64,000 bases of DNA from an uncultured delta proteobacterium. GTDB taxonomy: Bacteria; Desulfobacterota; Desulfobacteria; Desulfobacterales; UBA2156. Below are positions 1-10,107 of the stretch, one piece after another (positions within the stretch are counted from its first letter, which is position 1; every line of letters starts with the position of its first letter). Made by a program: the position numbers and the translations under genes. Location of the stretch: contig CAVTQK010000021.1 in the NCBI GenBank assembly GCA_963736855.1, positions 480,001-544,000 of the forward strand, written 5' to 3'. A model generated the notes under the pieces. That model was not told where the DNA came from and did not search any database. It worked only from the letters and a program-made list of their open reading frames with translations.

Positions 1-508
1 CAATACGCCGGGCAATGAGACCTGCCACCTGGACCACCGAGATCCATTTTCCGCCTCTTGTCTCCACCAGGATCGCATTGCGCTCATTCAGACCCGATGC
101 CTGGCTTCGATCGGCCGCCATGAAGGACCCCGTATTGTGTCGGATTCCTGCAATACGCCCCGCAAACGGCATCCGATTGACATGCACGTCTAATAACGAC
201 ATGAAAATGCCGATCTTCTTGCACGGCTCTGCGGAAAAAGGGCCTTTCGCAGCGTCTTCAATGGAGACAACACGTCCATCCGCCGGAGCAACGATCGCCT
301 CCGACTCGATGGGATCTTTCCGATCCGGATCCCGGAAAAAATAGACGATAAAAAGTGTCGTCATCAATCCCAGAATCGCCAAAATCCAGAACCCGATGAG
401 AGCAAAACCTCCCGTCAGCAGTGCCGCGATCAGGATAAACGGATAACCGGAGCGGGCGATGGGAATGCGATTGCTTCGGATTCGATTTTGAGTCGGTTGA
501 TCCCCCAT
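1..508 (-). CDS. psd: phosphatidylserine decarboxylase proenzyme (5' part; runs off window)
   Basis: Manual translation of the minus strand from ATG at 508 (alternative 514): hydrophobic N-terminus, then FFRDPDR, KIGIFMSLLDVHVNRMP and VVQVAGLIARRI, typical of the short bacterial Psd family. Not in the ORF track because it has no stop inside the window. Confidence 0.9.
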   Translation of the reverse strand, partial: MGDQPTQNRIRSNRIPIARSGYPFILIAALLTGGFALIGFWILAILGLMTTLFIVYFFRDPDRKDPIESEAIVAPADGRVVSIEDAAKGPFSAEPCKKIGIFMSLLDVHVNRMPFAGRIAGIRHNTGSFMAADRSQASGLNERNAILVETRGGKWISVVQVAGLIARRI

Positions 509-533
509 TTCATTATATTATATCTGAATCATT

Positions 534-1265
534 TTATAGATTCAATCCTTTTTTTGATCTCACGTTCATTTTCGGAATGCCTAAATTGCCCGGCACTTTT
601 CTCACCTCGGCACCGCGAATATATAACGGAATGATGAGACTCGGATCGGCCGTCTGGTTTTGTCTAAGGGCCGCAAGCCCAAGACGACCGAGGGCTGAGG
701 CCCGAATGGCATGGTCTTCAGATTTCGGAAAATGAGCGATATCACCCTTCAATTCAAGGATCTTTTTCCTGTAACGGGATGCCCCTTCCCCGATAAAAAT
801 ACAGGGCTCTTGGATGCCCGCGACTGCCGTTTCCGGTTCCCCAACCGATTCTTTCATCTCTCGGATTAGACTTCCTGTCGCAAACCGGCAGCGGGAAAAA
901 TAGACCTCTCCTTTCCGGGCATCCAGCATGGGGCTGATCAAGATTCCCGTCTCTTGTAGCTGAAAGGCAAGGACGTCAAGGGTCGATATCGTTACAACCG
1001 GTTTTCCGGCAGCTACTGCCAATCCCTTGGCCGTACTTAGGCCGATCCTCAACCCGGTAAAACTCCCCGGACCATGCGTTACCGCAAAACCATCGATTTC
1101 CGATAAGCATAAACGGCAATCGGAAAGCACCTGGTGGATCCTCTCCATGAGATGTCGGGAGTGGGTTTCCGTATCAGCCGACGATATTTCCCCGAGCACC
1201 GTTTCCGGAGTCACCACGGCGGCGCTGCAATGACTTGCCGCTGAATCAAATGCCAGAATCCGCAT
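534..1265 (-). CDS. tsaB: tRNA threonylcarbamoyladenosine biosynthesis protein TsaB
   Basis: MRILAFDSA start, HS..LM, GPGSFTGLRIG, DARKGEVY and P.YIR motifs. Start placed at ATG 1265, overlapping the lon 3' end. Confidence 0.93.
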   Translation of the reverse strand: MRILAFDSAASHCSAAVVTPETVLGEISSADTETHSRHLMERIHQVLSDCRLCLSEIDGFAVTHGPGSFTGLRIGLSTAKGLAVAAGKPVVTISTLDVLAFQLQETGILISPMLDARKGEVYFSRCRFATGSLIREMKESVGEPETAVAGIQEPCIFIGEGASRYRKKILELKGDIAHFPKSEDHAIRASALGRLGLAALRQNQTADPSLIIPLYIRGAEVRKVPGNLGIPKMNVRSKKGLNL

Positions 1266-3669
1266 ACATATTATTTTTCTTGGGCCGTTCCTGACCGCCT
1301 TTTCCAAAAGCGATGGAAAGGACCTCGTCCATGTGCCCAACCGGTGCAAAGTGAATCCTGCGTTTGACGCTTGCGGGCATTTCTTTCAGCTCTTTTCGAT
1401 TTTTATCAGGCATGATGATGGTTCGAATCCCGGTCCGCAGAGCACCGAGCGCCTTTTCCTTTAGTCCTCCTACCGGAAGAACCCGGCCCAACAAGGTGAT
1501 CTCACCGGTCATAGCGACGGTATTGTCCACAGGAGTTTTCCTGATGGCCGAGATCAGAGCCGCAGCCATGGCGATGCCTGCGGACGGCCCGTCTTTTGGC
1601 GTGGCTCCTGCAGGAACGTGGATATGAATATCCAAATTCTCCAAATATCCCTCCTTCACGCCAAAGGATTTTAGGTTTTTCCGGGCATAGCTCGCTGCCG
1701 CACGCGCAGATTCCTGCATGACCTCGCCCAGTTGCCCTGTTAGGATCAGTTCTCCTTTGCCGGGAATCAGGGTAGCCTCTACGTACATCACTTCTCCACC
1801 AACCTGAGTCCATGCTAGGCCGGCAGCCAGTCCCACCTGTTCCGGTTCACCTTCCATCTCTGGAATAAATTTCGACACCCCAAGAAAACGGGCAAGGTTG
1901 CCTCTGGTGACCCTGAACAGCCCTTCCTTCCCTTCTGCAATCTGCCTGGCCACTTTTCGGAAGATGGCCTGTATTTCCCGCTCAAGATTGCGTAGACCGG
2001 CTTCTAAAGTATATTCCCGAATTATCAGGGAAAGCGCAGCAGGGCTGATGACGACCGTATCCGGTGTCAATCCGTTTTCTTTGAGCTGTCGCGGGATCAG
2101 ATGCTTAAAGGCGATGACCCTTTTTTCTTCCTCGGAATAGCCGGAAAGCGAAATGATTTCCATCCGATCTAAAAGTGCGGGAGGGATAGAGTCGGTCAAG
2201 TTGGCGGTGAGGATGAACATGACATTTGAAAGATTAAAGGGAATGTTGAGATAGTGATCGCTAAAAGCATAATTTTGTTCCGGATCTAAGGCTTCCAGAA
2301 GAGCGGAAGACGGATCCCCCCTGAAATCGGATTCGAGTTTATCGATTTCATCCATCATGAAGACCGGGTTATTTGTACCGCACTGCTTCAACCCCTGTAA
2401 AATTCTACCGGGAAGCGCCCCGATATAAGTCCGACGATGCCCCCGGATTTCCGCTTCGTCTCGCAGGCCCCCCAGCGAAACCCGGATAAATTTTCGGTTC
2501 AAGGCCCGGGCGATGGCCTGTCCCAGGGAGGTTTTTCCAACCCCTGGCGGTCCGACAAAACACAAGATGGGCCCTTTCATTTTCGGGTTCAGTTTCCGGA
2601 CGCTCAGGTACTCCAGAACCCGGTCCTTCACGGTTTTCAATCCATAATGATCGGTGTCCAGAATTGTCTTGGCGGCCTGGATATCTATGACGTCCTTAGT
2701 GAATTTATTCCAGGGAAGTTCGGTAAGCCAATCCAGATAGGTCCGGACAATGGCGGCCTCTGCGGAGTCGGGATACATCTGCTCGAGTCGTTTGAGCTGC
2801 TTTTTCGCCTCTTTCTCCGCTTCCCGATGCATCCGTGACCGTCTGATTTTCTTCCGATATTCCGCCAGTTCAACGGCCCTCTCATCATATTCTCCGAGCT
2901 CCCGATGAATCGCCCGTACCTGCTCCCGCAGGAAGTAATCCCTCTGAGATTTGGAGATCTCGTCTTTGACATCCGACTGGATCTTTGCCTGCATGGCAGA
3001 AAGGTCCACTTCCCGAGATAAAAGATCGTTGATCCTCCGAAGACGATCGACGGGGTCAATGAGTTCCAAGATCATCTGGGACTCACCGATTTTCAGCTTG
3101 AGGTTCGAGGCAGCGATATCTGCCAGTTTTCCGGGATCTTCGATGCTGGTAAGGATTGCCTTGACATCCGCTGTCAACTCTCCCCTGAGGGCCAGTACCT
3201 TTTCCGACTGCTCCCGGACGTTTCGCATCAGGGCCTCGGTTTCAAGGCTGACCTTTTCGATGACCTGTTCAGGGAGCGTTTCGATCTTTACACGAAACAG
3301 GTGCGAAGTTTTATCGTATTTGAGAATCCTTCCCCGTACAATCCCCTGGGCCAATACCTTGACGCTGCCATCGGGGAGCTTGAGCACTCTCAGTACCCTG
3401 CCAACGGTTCCGACCATATAGATGTCCGCCGGTTTTGGGTTCTCCGTTCCAGGATCTTTCTGTGTTGCTAAAAACAAGAAGCCTTCCTTTGAAACAGCCT
3501 CCTCCACCGCCTGCACCGACTTTTCCCTGCTGACGAAAAGGGGCAGGACCATATCGATGAAAATCACCGCATCCCTTACCGGGAGAAGCGGCAAGGTTGT
3601 GGGAACCTCTGCTCCTTTTTCGTGCTCTTCTAAAATACTGATGAGGTCGTCTTTATCCGCTTCTGCCAT
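1246..3669 (-). CDS. lon: ATP-dependent Lon protease (endopeptidase La)
   Basis: LON N-domain (LPLLPVRD), Walker A GPPGVGKT, DEIDK, catalytic PKDGPSAG and GGLKEK; 807 aa. Confidence 0.97.
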   Translation of the reverse strand: MAEADKDDLISILEEHEKGAEVPTTLPLLPVRDAVIFIDMVLPLFVSREKSVQAVEEAVSKEGFLFLATQKDPGTENPKPADIYMVGTVGRVLRVLKLPDGSVKVLAQGIVRGRILKYDKTSHLFRVKIETLPEQVIEKVSLETEALMRNVREQSEKVLALRGELTADVKAILTSIEDPGKLADIAASNLKLKIGESQMILELIDPVDRLRRINDLLSREVDLSAMQAKIQSDVKDEISKSQRDYFLREQVRAIHRELGEYDERAVELAEYRKKIRRSRMHREAEKEAKKQLKRLEQMYPDSAEAAIVRTYLDWLTELPWNKFTKDVIDIQAAKTILDTDHYGLKTVKDRVLEYLSVRKLNPKMKGPILCFVGPPGVGKTSLGQAIARALNRKFIRVSLGGLRDEAEIRGHRRTYIGALPGRILQGLKQCGTNNPVFMMDEIDKLESDFRGDPSSALLEALDPEQNYAFSDHYLNIPFNLSNVMFILTANLTDSIPPALLDRMEIISLSGYSEEEKRVIAFKHLIPRQLKENGLTPDTVVISPAALSLIIREYTLEAGLRNLEREIQAIFRKVARQIAEGKEGLFRVTRGNLARFLGVSKFIPEMEGEPEQVGLAAGLAWTQVGGEVMYVEATLIPGKGELILTGQLGEVMQESARAAASYARKNLKSFGVKEGYLENLDIHIHVPAGATPKDGPSAGIAMAAALISAIRKTPVDNTVAMTGEITLLGRVLPVGGLKEKALGALRTGIRTIIMPDKNRKELKEMPASVKRRIHFAPVGHMDEVLSIAFGKGGQERPKKNNMYADSGI

Positions 3670-4124
3670 ATGTTCTGGTTGCCTTCGAATAAATATTTTT
3701 TATGGATAATCGAAAATTGAAAAAACGATTCAATCCCTTGTGTTAAAAGCTTATTTGGTGACCGCTACCAACAATGTAGCCTGATTTCCATCTTTCATTA
3801 TAACCGCAAGGTCTTTTTAGTGCATAGCCCTTATAAAAACATGTTGACGGCTCGGTGCCACAAGCCGTCAGGGATTGAAACAACTAAGTCTGCTTTCCAT
3901 GAAACGCATTAACGGTCCAAACTGAAATGGCCTGACTCCTATTATATCCAATTCCATTTCTTTAAGAAAATGCACTCCCTGTAGCAAAAGCCTATTTTTT
4001 TTAATATATAACTTAATGAAAATATATCAAGAATAATATGCTTGAATATTGATTTTCTTGGGTAACTTCTATATTGTTTTTTTAAATATGGGCGTCAACA
4101 ACGTTTTCAGAAAAGAGGAGTGGT

Positions 4125-4901
4125 ATGCTGGAGAGAGTTTTGCTTTATGGGGTCATTTTTGTTTTCGGAACCTGTGTCGGGAGTTTTTTAAACGTCTGTA
4201 TTTACCGGATACCCAAAGGGCTGTCCGTGGTTCATCCCCGCTCCATATGTCCGTCATGCGGAAATCTCATTCGCTTTTACGACAACATCCCCATACTCAG
4301 TTTTTTTCTGTTAAAAAGACGTTGTCGGTTTTGTAAGATTGTCATTCCTTCTCGGTATCCGTTGGTGGAGTTTTTGGCCGGCCTGTTGGCTTTTTCCATC
4401 TGTATCCGATATGGAGTGTCTTTGTATGGGCTTGTGCTTTTTATTTTTGTCTCAGCTTTATTGACAATTGTTTTCATCGATATCGATCATCAGATTATCC
4501 CGGATACCATCACCCTGCCGGGAATAGTATTGGGATTGGCGGTTTCGGTCCTTGTCCCTGAAATGCAGGTAATCAATTCCCTGATCGGAATCGCTTCCGG
4601 CGGCGGCATCCTGTTGGCCATCGCCCTGGCGTATCATGCCTTGACTAAAAAAGAGGGGATGGGGGGCGGCGATATCAAATTATTGGCCATGATCGGCGCC
4701 GTGATCGGCTGGAAGGGCGTTCTCTTCACCGTTTTCATCGCATCCGTTACCGGAGCACTGGTGGGAATTCTCGTGATGTTCCGGTCGCAAAAAGGACTCC
4801 AAACCCCCCTCCCATTCGGCCCCTTTCTATCCATAGGCGCCATGGCCTATGTCCACCTGGGGACCGAAATGATTTCATGGTACTTTCAACTTGCTTCCTA
4901 A
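4125..4901 (+). CDS. pilD: type IV prepilin peptidase
   Basis: GSFLNVCIYRIP, two CxxC pairs (CPSC, CRFC), FIDID..IIPD, GMGGGDIKL, PFGPFL. Confidence 0.95.
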   Translation: MLERVLLYGVIFVFGTCVGSFLNVCIYRIPKGLSVVHPRSICPSCGNLIRFYDNIPILSFFLLKRRCRFCKIVIPSRYPLVEFLAGLLAFSICIRYGVSLYGLVLFIFVSALLTIVFIDIDHQIIPDTITLPGIVLGLAVSVLVPEMQVINSLIGIASGGGILLAIALAYHALTKKEGMGGGDIKLLAMIGAVIGWKGVLFTVFIASVTGALVGILVMFRSQKGLQTPLPFGPFLSIGAMAYVHLGTEMISWYFQLAS

Positions 4902-4932
4902 GCCGGGTGGAATCGGGGCTTAGCAGACTTCT

Positions 4933-5664
4933 ATGAAATATGCCGTTTTATCCGATATTCACGGAAATTTTGATGCCTTTGAAAGGGTTCTCTCGGACAT
5001 CCATCCCATCGGAGTCGACCGGATCATCAGTCTGGGAGACATGATCGGATACGGCCCGCAACCTGAAGAGGTGGTCACCGAAATTCGGAGACGCTCCGTT
5101 CTGTCAATTATGGGAAATCATGAACTTGCGGTGGTCGACAGAAGCTATCTAAACTGGTTCAACCCCCAGGCCCGTAGATCCCTGGTCCAAACCATCGCGA
5201 TGCTCAGTCCGGATTCCTTGGCTTTTATCGAAAAACTCAAGGCTTTTTTAAGATTCGATCCATGTCATTTCGTGCATGGGTATCCGCCGGATTCGCCTTT
5301 GATCTACCTTTTTGAAGTCGGTGAAGAGACTTTGGTTCAAACCTTTTTGACCAAGAATTTTTGGATCTGCTTCGTGGGACATACCCATAATCTTGAAATC
5401 ATCTCTTTCGGCCGGGACGGGCTTTCCCGGTTACCGCTGCAACGGGGAAAAACGAAGCTCCAAAAAACGAATCAATATATCCTCAATATCGGGAGTGTGG
5501 GGCAACCCCGGGACGGCAATGTGGATGCCAAGTATATTATCTGGGATCCCGAAGAAAACACCGTCGATCTGCGGTTTGTTCCCTATGATTTTAAGGCCGC
5601 AGCGGACAAGATCCTCGCCGCCGGGCTTCCCGAAGTGCATGCCAGGAGGCTTTTGCCGAAATGA
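4933..5664 (+). CDS. metallophosphoesterase (calcineurin-like, YfcE/PPP-type)
   Basis: SDIHGN, LGDMIGYGP, GNHE, HG, GHTH and NIGSVGQPRDG motifs. Confidence 0.9.
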   Translation: MKYAVLSDIHGNFDAFERVLSDIHPIGVDRIISLGDMIGYGPQPEEVVTEIRRRSVLSIMGNHELAVVDRSYLNWFNPQARRSLVQTIAMLSPDSLAFIEKLKAFLRFDPCHFVHGYPPDSPLIYLFEVGEETLVQTFLTKNFWICFVGHTHNLEIISFGRDGLSRLPLQRGKTKLQKTNQYILNIGSVGQPRDGNVDAKYIIWDPEENTVDLRFVPYDFKAAADKILAAGLPEVHARRLLPK

Positions 5665-7052
5665 AACAAATCGGCCGATACCGGGTTTGCGGGCTTTTGG
5701 GAAAAGGGGGCATGAGCAAGGTTTACGTCGTGTTGCTCCCGGTCATTGACCGGATCGGTGCGCTGAAGCTCTTGAGCCCTCACCCTCACCTCGTTGAACT
5801 TTTGGGAAAAAAAACGCTTCGCGCCTTATTTATCTCAGAAGCCCGGACACTTGCCGGGCTGCGACACCCCAATATTGTGGATATCCTGGATTTTGACGAG
5901 GCCGGCGGGAAGCTTTTTTATGTCATGGATTATTACGCCAACAACCTCGGCGTCATGATCGGTGAAACCTACCAGAGCGAGAAACCTTCCCGGATCATTC
6001 GCCTCGACAGGGCCATCCACTATGCGCGTTTAACCCTTGAAGGCCTGAGTCGACTTCACCATGCCGGCATCATTCATCGCGACATCAAGCCTTTTAACAT
6101 CCTGCTCACCGAAAACGAGGGAGTAAAGATCAGCGACTTCGGGTTATCCAAGATCCGGGGTGAAGTCTTCGAGGGTCCGCCCAACCTCAAAGTCGGGTCT
6201 CCCTATTATGCCGCGCCTGAGCAGGAAGCCCATCCGGACGCTGTTGATTTTTCCGCCGATATTTATTCGATGGGGGTCATCATGTATCGGATGCTCACAG
6301 GATACCTTCCGGGACATTCTGAAAATACTCCTCAGCAGATCCCGAAACCCAGCCGGTTGAATCCCGATCTTGCTGAAGACTGGGATACGTTTCTGATGCG
6401 GACCATGGCGGAAAACCCCCGGGACCGTTACCCGGACGCCGCCTTCATGCTCGAAGATCTGAACCGGCTGGCCGCGGAATGGGAAATACGTCGGGATCGT
6501 GTCTGTGTTTTAAATCCGGTTCCGCAAGAATCACAAGTAAAAATGAGCCAAAAACGCACCCTCCTGAGCGAGGGCCGTAAAATTTCCATCCGGAATGCTC
6601 CCAAGGTTTTCGGCCTCGACCCGCTTTGGCGCCCACAGTCGTATACTCTAAACACCTTTGTCATGGAAAACGAATCCACGGTTCTTGATCTTGCCACAGG
6701 TTTGATCTGGCAGAAGGGGGGGTCCGAGTATCCCATTCCCTGGAGGCAGACCGCAGAATACGTTTCATCACTGAATCGAATCCGTTTCGGCGGATATAAC
6801 TGCTGGCGCCTTCCAACCATCGAGGAACTCATGTCCCTGCTCACCCCCATGCCCCAAGGCACGGATTTTTGCATAAAGCCGATTTTTGACCCCAAATGCC
6901 GGTGGTTGTGGAGCATCGACCGATGCACATTCACCTCAGCCTGGTATGTCTCTTTTGACCTGGGGTTTGTTTTCCATCAGGAAATCAACGCCCGTTTTTA
7001 TGTCAAAGCGGTTTGCTCGGCTCCGACGATTACCCAGGATAACGCGGTTTAA
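5661..7052 (+). CDS. Hanks-type Ser/Thr protein kinase with C-terminal DUF1566 (Lcl-like) domain
   Basis: GKGGMSKVY, ALK, HRDIKPFN, DFG and APE; C-terminal TVLDLATGLIWQK...WRLPTIEELMSL. ATGA overlap with the upstream phosphoesterase. Confidence 0.88.
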   Translation: MKQIGRYRVCGLLGKGGMSKVYVVLLPVIDRIGALKLLSPHPHLVELLGKKTLRALFISEARTLAGLRHPNIVDILDFDEAGGKLFYVMDYYANNLGVMIGETYQSEKPSRIIRLDRAIHYARLTLEGLSRLHHAGIIHRDIKPFNILLTENEGVKISDFGLSKIRGEVFEGPPNLKVGSPYYAAPEQEAHPDAVDFSADIYSMGVIMYRMLTGYLPGHSENTPQQIPKPSRLNPDLAEDWDTFLMRTMAENPRDRYPDAAFMLEDLNRLAAEWEIRRDRVCVLNPVPQESQVKMSQKRTLLSEGRKISIRNAPKVFGLDPLWRPQSYTLNTFVMENESTVLDLATGLIWQKGGSEYPIPWRQTAEYVSSLNRIRFGGYNCWRLPTIEELMSLLTPMPQGTDFCIKPIFDPKCRWLWSIDRCTFTSAWYVSFDLGFVFHQEINARFYVKAVCSAPTITQDNAV

Positions 7053-7060
7053 AGATTCTG

Positions 7061-8309
7061 TTACAAGGGATCAAATTTTCCCAAAGAAGCCGGGTCCGCC
7101 TGGATATCATATCCGGCCTGCCCTAAGGCCGCCAGGATCTCCTGGATATGATTAAAACCCCGGGTTTCAAGTTCCATGCCCACCCGGCTCATATTGATGG
7201 GCAGGTCACCGATGTTGCGGTCATGCCGGATGTGAAGAACATTGGCTTTCAGGCTCGCCACATGGGAAAGGAGCATGGCCAGAGACCCCGGCACATCATC
7301 TAAAGCGACGGTCATCCGAATTACTCGCGCGTTCCGAATCAATCCCTGATTGATGATCCGTCCGATGAGCGGGCTGTCCATGTTCCCGCCGCTGATTACC
7401 AAAACAACCTTCTCCCCCGGCTTCGTCCGGACACTTCCTTCAAGAAGTGCCGCCAAGGGGGTCGCCCCTGCCCCTTCGGCCAGAATCTTCTTCTTCTCCA
7501 GGAGCATTAGTACAGCACTCGCGATGGATTCTTCATTTACCGTTGCAAAGGCATCCACATGTTTTTCAAGGATTCGAAATGTCCGTTTACCGATCTGCCG
7601 AACCGCAATGCCGTCGGCCAGAGTGGGGCCGGCCTCCACGACAATCCGTGTCCCCAATTGCCGAGACCGCAGAGCCGATGGACATGCCGCTGCTTGTATG
7701 CCGATCACTTGGGTGGCCGGGTTTTTGGACTTGACTGCGATGCCGATGCCCGCCGACTAGCCCACCTCCTCCGACCGGGACGAGGATCTTATCCGGCGCG
7801 TCGATATCTTCCAATATTTCCAGTCCCACGGTCCCCTGACCGGCAATGATCCAGGGATCATCAAAGGGGTGTATGAACAAGATGTCTTCCCCGGCCAGCT
7901 TCCGGGCTTCCTTGAGGCTTTCGCTCATGTTTTTTCCGGAAATGATGACGGTTCCTCCGTAAGCGCGGGTGGCTTCCTGTTTGCTTATGGACGCCCATTC
8001 CGGCATGACCACGGTGGCCTTTACCCCGGCCTGCCGGGCGGCCAAGGCCACTCCTTGGGCATGGTTTCCCGCCGAGGCCGCAACCACTTCCCGGAGGTTC
8101 CTTTTACGCTTCTCGGAAAGGAGCTTGAAGGTGGCTCCCCGGACCTTGAAAGAGCCGGTGTTCTGGAGGTTTTCCAGCTTCAGATAAATATCCGCTCCGA
8201 AAAGACGCGACAGATACGGGGAGTTCACTAGGGGGGTATGCAGCACTATGCCTTTGAGGATATCGGCTGCAGATTGGATTTGTCGGACGGTTGGCATGTA
8301 TTCTTTCAC
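7061..8309 (-). CDS. ilvA: threonine ammonia-lyase with C-terminal ACT domain (one frameshift near 7750)
   Basis: ORF 7587..8309 has the PLP site KLENLQNTGSFKVRG, SAGNHAQG and PVGGGGL. ORF 7061..7708 continues with TLADGIAV, EGAGA, SGGN and an ACT domain. One extra G in GGCGGGCATC joins the frames. Could equally be the catabolic TdcB type. Confidence 0.85.
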
Positions 8310-8397
8310 CTTGACTTGATGGAGAAAGTCATTAAGATTTCTTACAGTTTTTCATATTTTACTCAAATAGCAATACATTTTCAATCCCGGGTTTTCC

Positions 8398-9207
8398 ATG
8401 ATTCAAAAAAATGCTCCATGCCGAATTTCATTAATGCCCAGGCCTCGCTTGTATGAAGTTCTATGGTTTGTGTTCATTTGCGGTCTCGGCGTTTATCTGG
8501 TGGCAAGGGGTGCGGCTCAAGGCGGATATCCGTGGCAATGGTATAGAATCCCCCGGTATTTCGGAATATTCGACGGTTCGAGTTTTGTCCCCGGCCCGAT
8601 CCTTAAGGGACTGATAGTCACCCTGCAGATCACCCTGGCCGGTCTCATCCTGTCGATGTCCGTCGGCCTTTCAACGGCCTTGTTGAGGCTTTCCCGCTCC
8701 TTCATCGGCAGGGCGTTGGCCAGAGCGTATCTCGAAATCATCCGCAACACGCCTCTTTTGGTGCAATTGTTTTTCATCTATTTCGTGCTGGCCCCTATCC
8801 TGGATTTAGGGCGCTTCGCCTCTGCAGTTTTAGCATTGAGCATTTTTGAAGGAGCCTATGCCTCAGAAATTTTTCGTGCCGCCATCTTGTCCATCCATAA
8901 AGGACAATGGGAGGCAGCCTTCAGCCTGGGATTGACCCGTTACCAAAGCTATCGTCATATCATCCTCCCCCAGGGGATCCGGAAAATGTTACCCCCGCTT
9001 GCCGGACAATCGGTATCCCTGATCAAGGATTCGGCCTTGGTAAGTACCATCGCCGTTTATGACTTGACGATGCAGGCCCAGGCGATCATCTCAGAAACCT
9101 ACCTGGCATTCGAGATTTGGTTTACGGTGGCGGCAGTCTATCTGGTACTGACACTAACCCTTTCCGCCGGCGTTTTCTTCATGGAGAGGAGATTGAAAGA
9201 TTTTTAA
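8398..9207 (+). CDS. polar amino-acid ABC transporter permease
   Basis: IRNTPLLVQL, AYASEIFRA, GQWEAA.SLG, ILPQ, LIKDSAL (HisM/GlnP family). Confidence 0.92.
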   Translation: MIQKNAPCRISLMPRPRLYEVLWFVFICGLGVYLVARGAAQGGYPWQWYRIPRYFGIFDGSSFVPGPILKGLIVTLQITLAGLILSMSVGLSTALLRLSRSFIGRALARAYLEIIRNTPLLVQLFFIYFVLAPILDLGRFASAVLALSIFEGAYASEIFRAAILSIHKGQWEAAFSLGLTRYQSYRHIILPQGIRKMLPPLAGQSVSLIKDSALVSTIAVYDLTMQAQAIISETYLAFEIWFTVAAVYLVLTLTLSAGVFFMERRLKDF

Positions 9208-9228
9208 CCAGGAAAAAAAGGAGGCACA

Positions 9229-10062
9229 ATGAAGAGTAACAAAGGTTTCTGGACGGTTACCGGGATCTTTTTGTTGATCGCCATGATAGGAACCCCTGTC
9301 GCCGCCGGCGATCTCCAGCAGAAGCTGGCCGAAGAAAGCACCGTGGAGCAGATCCTGAAGCGAGGCGTCATGAGGGTGGGAATGTCCACCTTCGTTCCAT
9401 GGGCCATGAAGGACAAAACCGGGAAACTTATCGGTTTTGAAATCGATGTCGCCACGCGGCTGGCCCAGGACATGGGCGTCAAAGTAGACTTCATCCCCAC
9501 CAAATGGGCGGGAATCATCCCGGCGCTGGTTACCGGGAAATTCGATGTGATCATCGGCGGCATGGGAGTTTTGCCCCAGCGGAACCTCAAAATTAATTTC
9601 AGCATTCCTTACGACTATACGGGGATGTCGATGGTGGCCCACAAGGAGCTTGCCAAAGGGTTTTCTGGAGTCGAAGCGTTCAACCGCCCCGAAGTGACTT
9701 TGGCCGTAAGACTGGGCTCCACTGCCGTCACCGCCGCACAAAAGCATATACCACGCGCCGGACTCCGGATGTTCGATGACGAGGCGCAAGCCTACCAGGA
9801 GCTGATCAACGGGAGGGTCCACGCCGTGGTGGGATCGGCTCCTACCCCGGCTTCTTTCGCCTTGAAATATCCGGACAAGCTCTTTTTGCCCCTCACTGAA
9901 ACTTTCACTAAGGAGCCTATCGGTTTTGCCGTGAGGAAAGGGGATTTCGATACGTTGAATTTCTTTAACAACTGGATCACATTCGTGGGCGCCGAAGGGT
10001 GGCTGAAAGAACGGAAGCACTTCTGGTTCGAAACCAGAGAATGGGAATCCCTCGTCCAATAG
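9229..10062 (+). CDS. amino-acid ABC transporter substrate-binding protein (family 3)
   Basis: Signal peptide, GFEIDVA, W.GIIPAL.TGKFD, EPIGFAVRKGD. Confidence 0.92.
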   Translation: MKSNKGFWTVTGIFLLIAMIGTPVAAGDLQQKLAEESTVEQILKRGVMRVGMSTFVPWAMKDKTGKLIGFEIDVATRLAQDMGVKVDFIPTKWAGIIPALVTGKFDVIIGGMGVLPQRNLKINFSIPYDYTGMSMVAHKELAKGFSGVEAFNRPEVTLAVRLGSTAVTAAQKHIPRAGLRMFDDEAQAYQELINGRVHAVVGSAPTPASFALKYPDKLFLPLTETFTKEPIGFAVRKGDFDTLNFFNNWITFVGAEGWLKERKHFWFETREWESLVQ

Positions 10063-10107
10063 AATTGATCCTTTCCTTCCAAGCATCTGACAGACCGGGA
10101 TCGCTGC

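Noticed and set aside
3670..4124. Possible riboswitch or sRNA in the AT-rich lon-pilD divergent region (hairpin TGACGGCT...AGCCGTCA near 3845-3870)
   Set aside because: A single 8-bp stem with no match to riboswitch consensus features I can recognise; consistent with ordinary divergent promoters.
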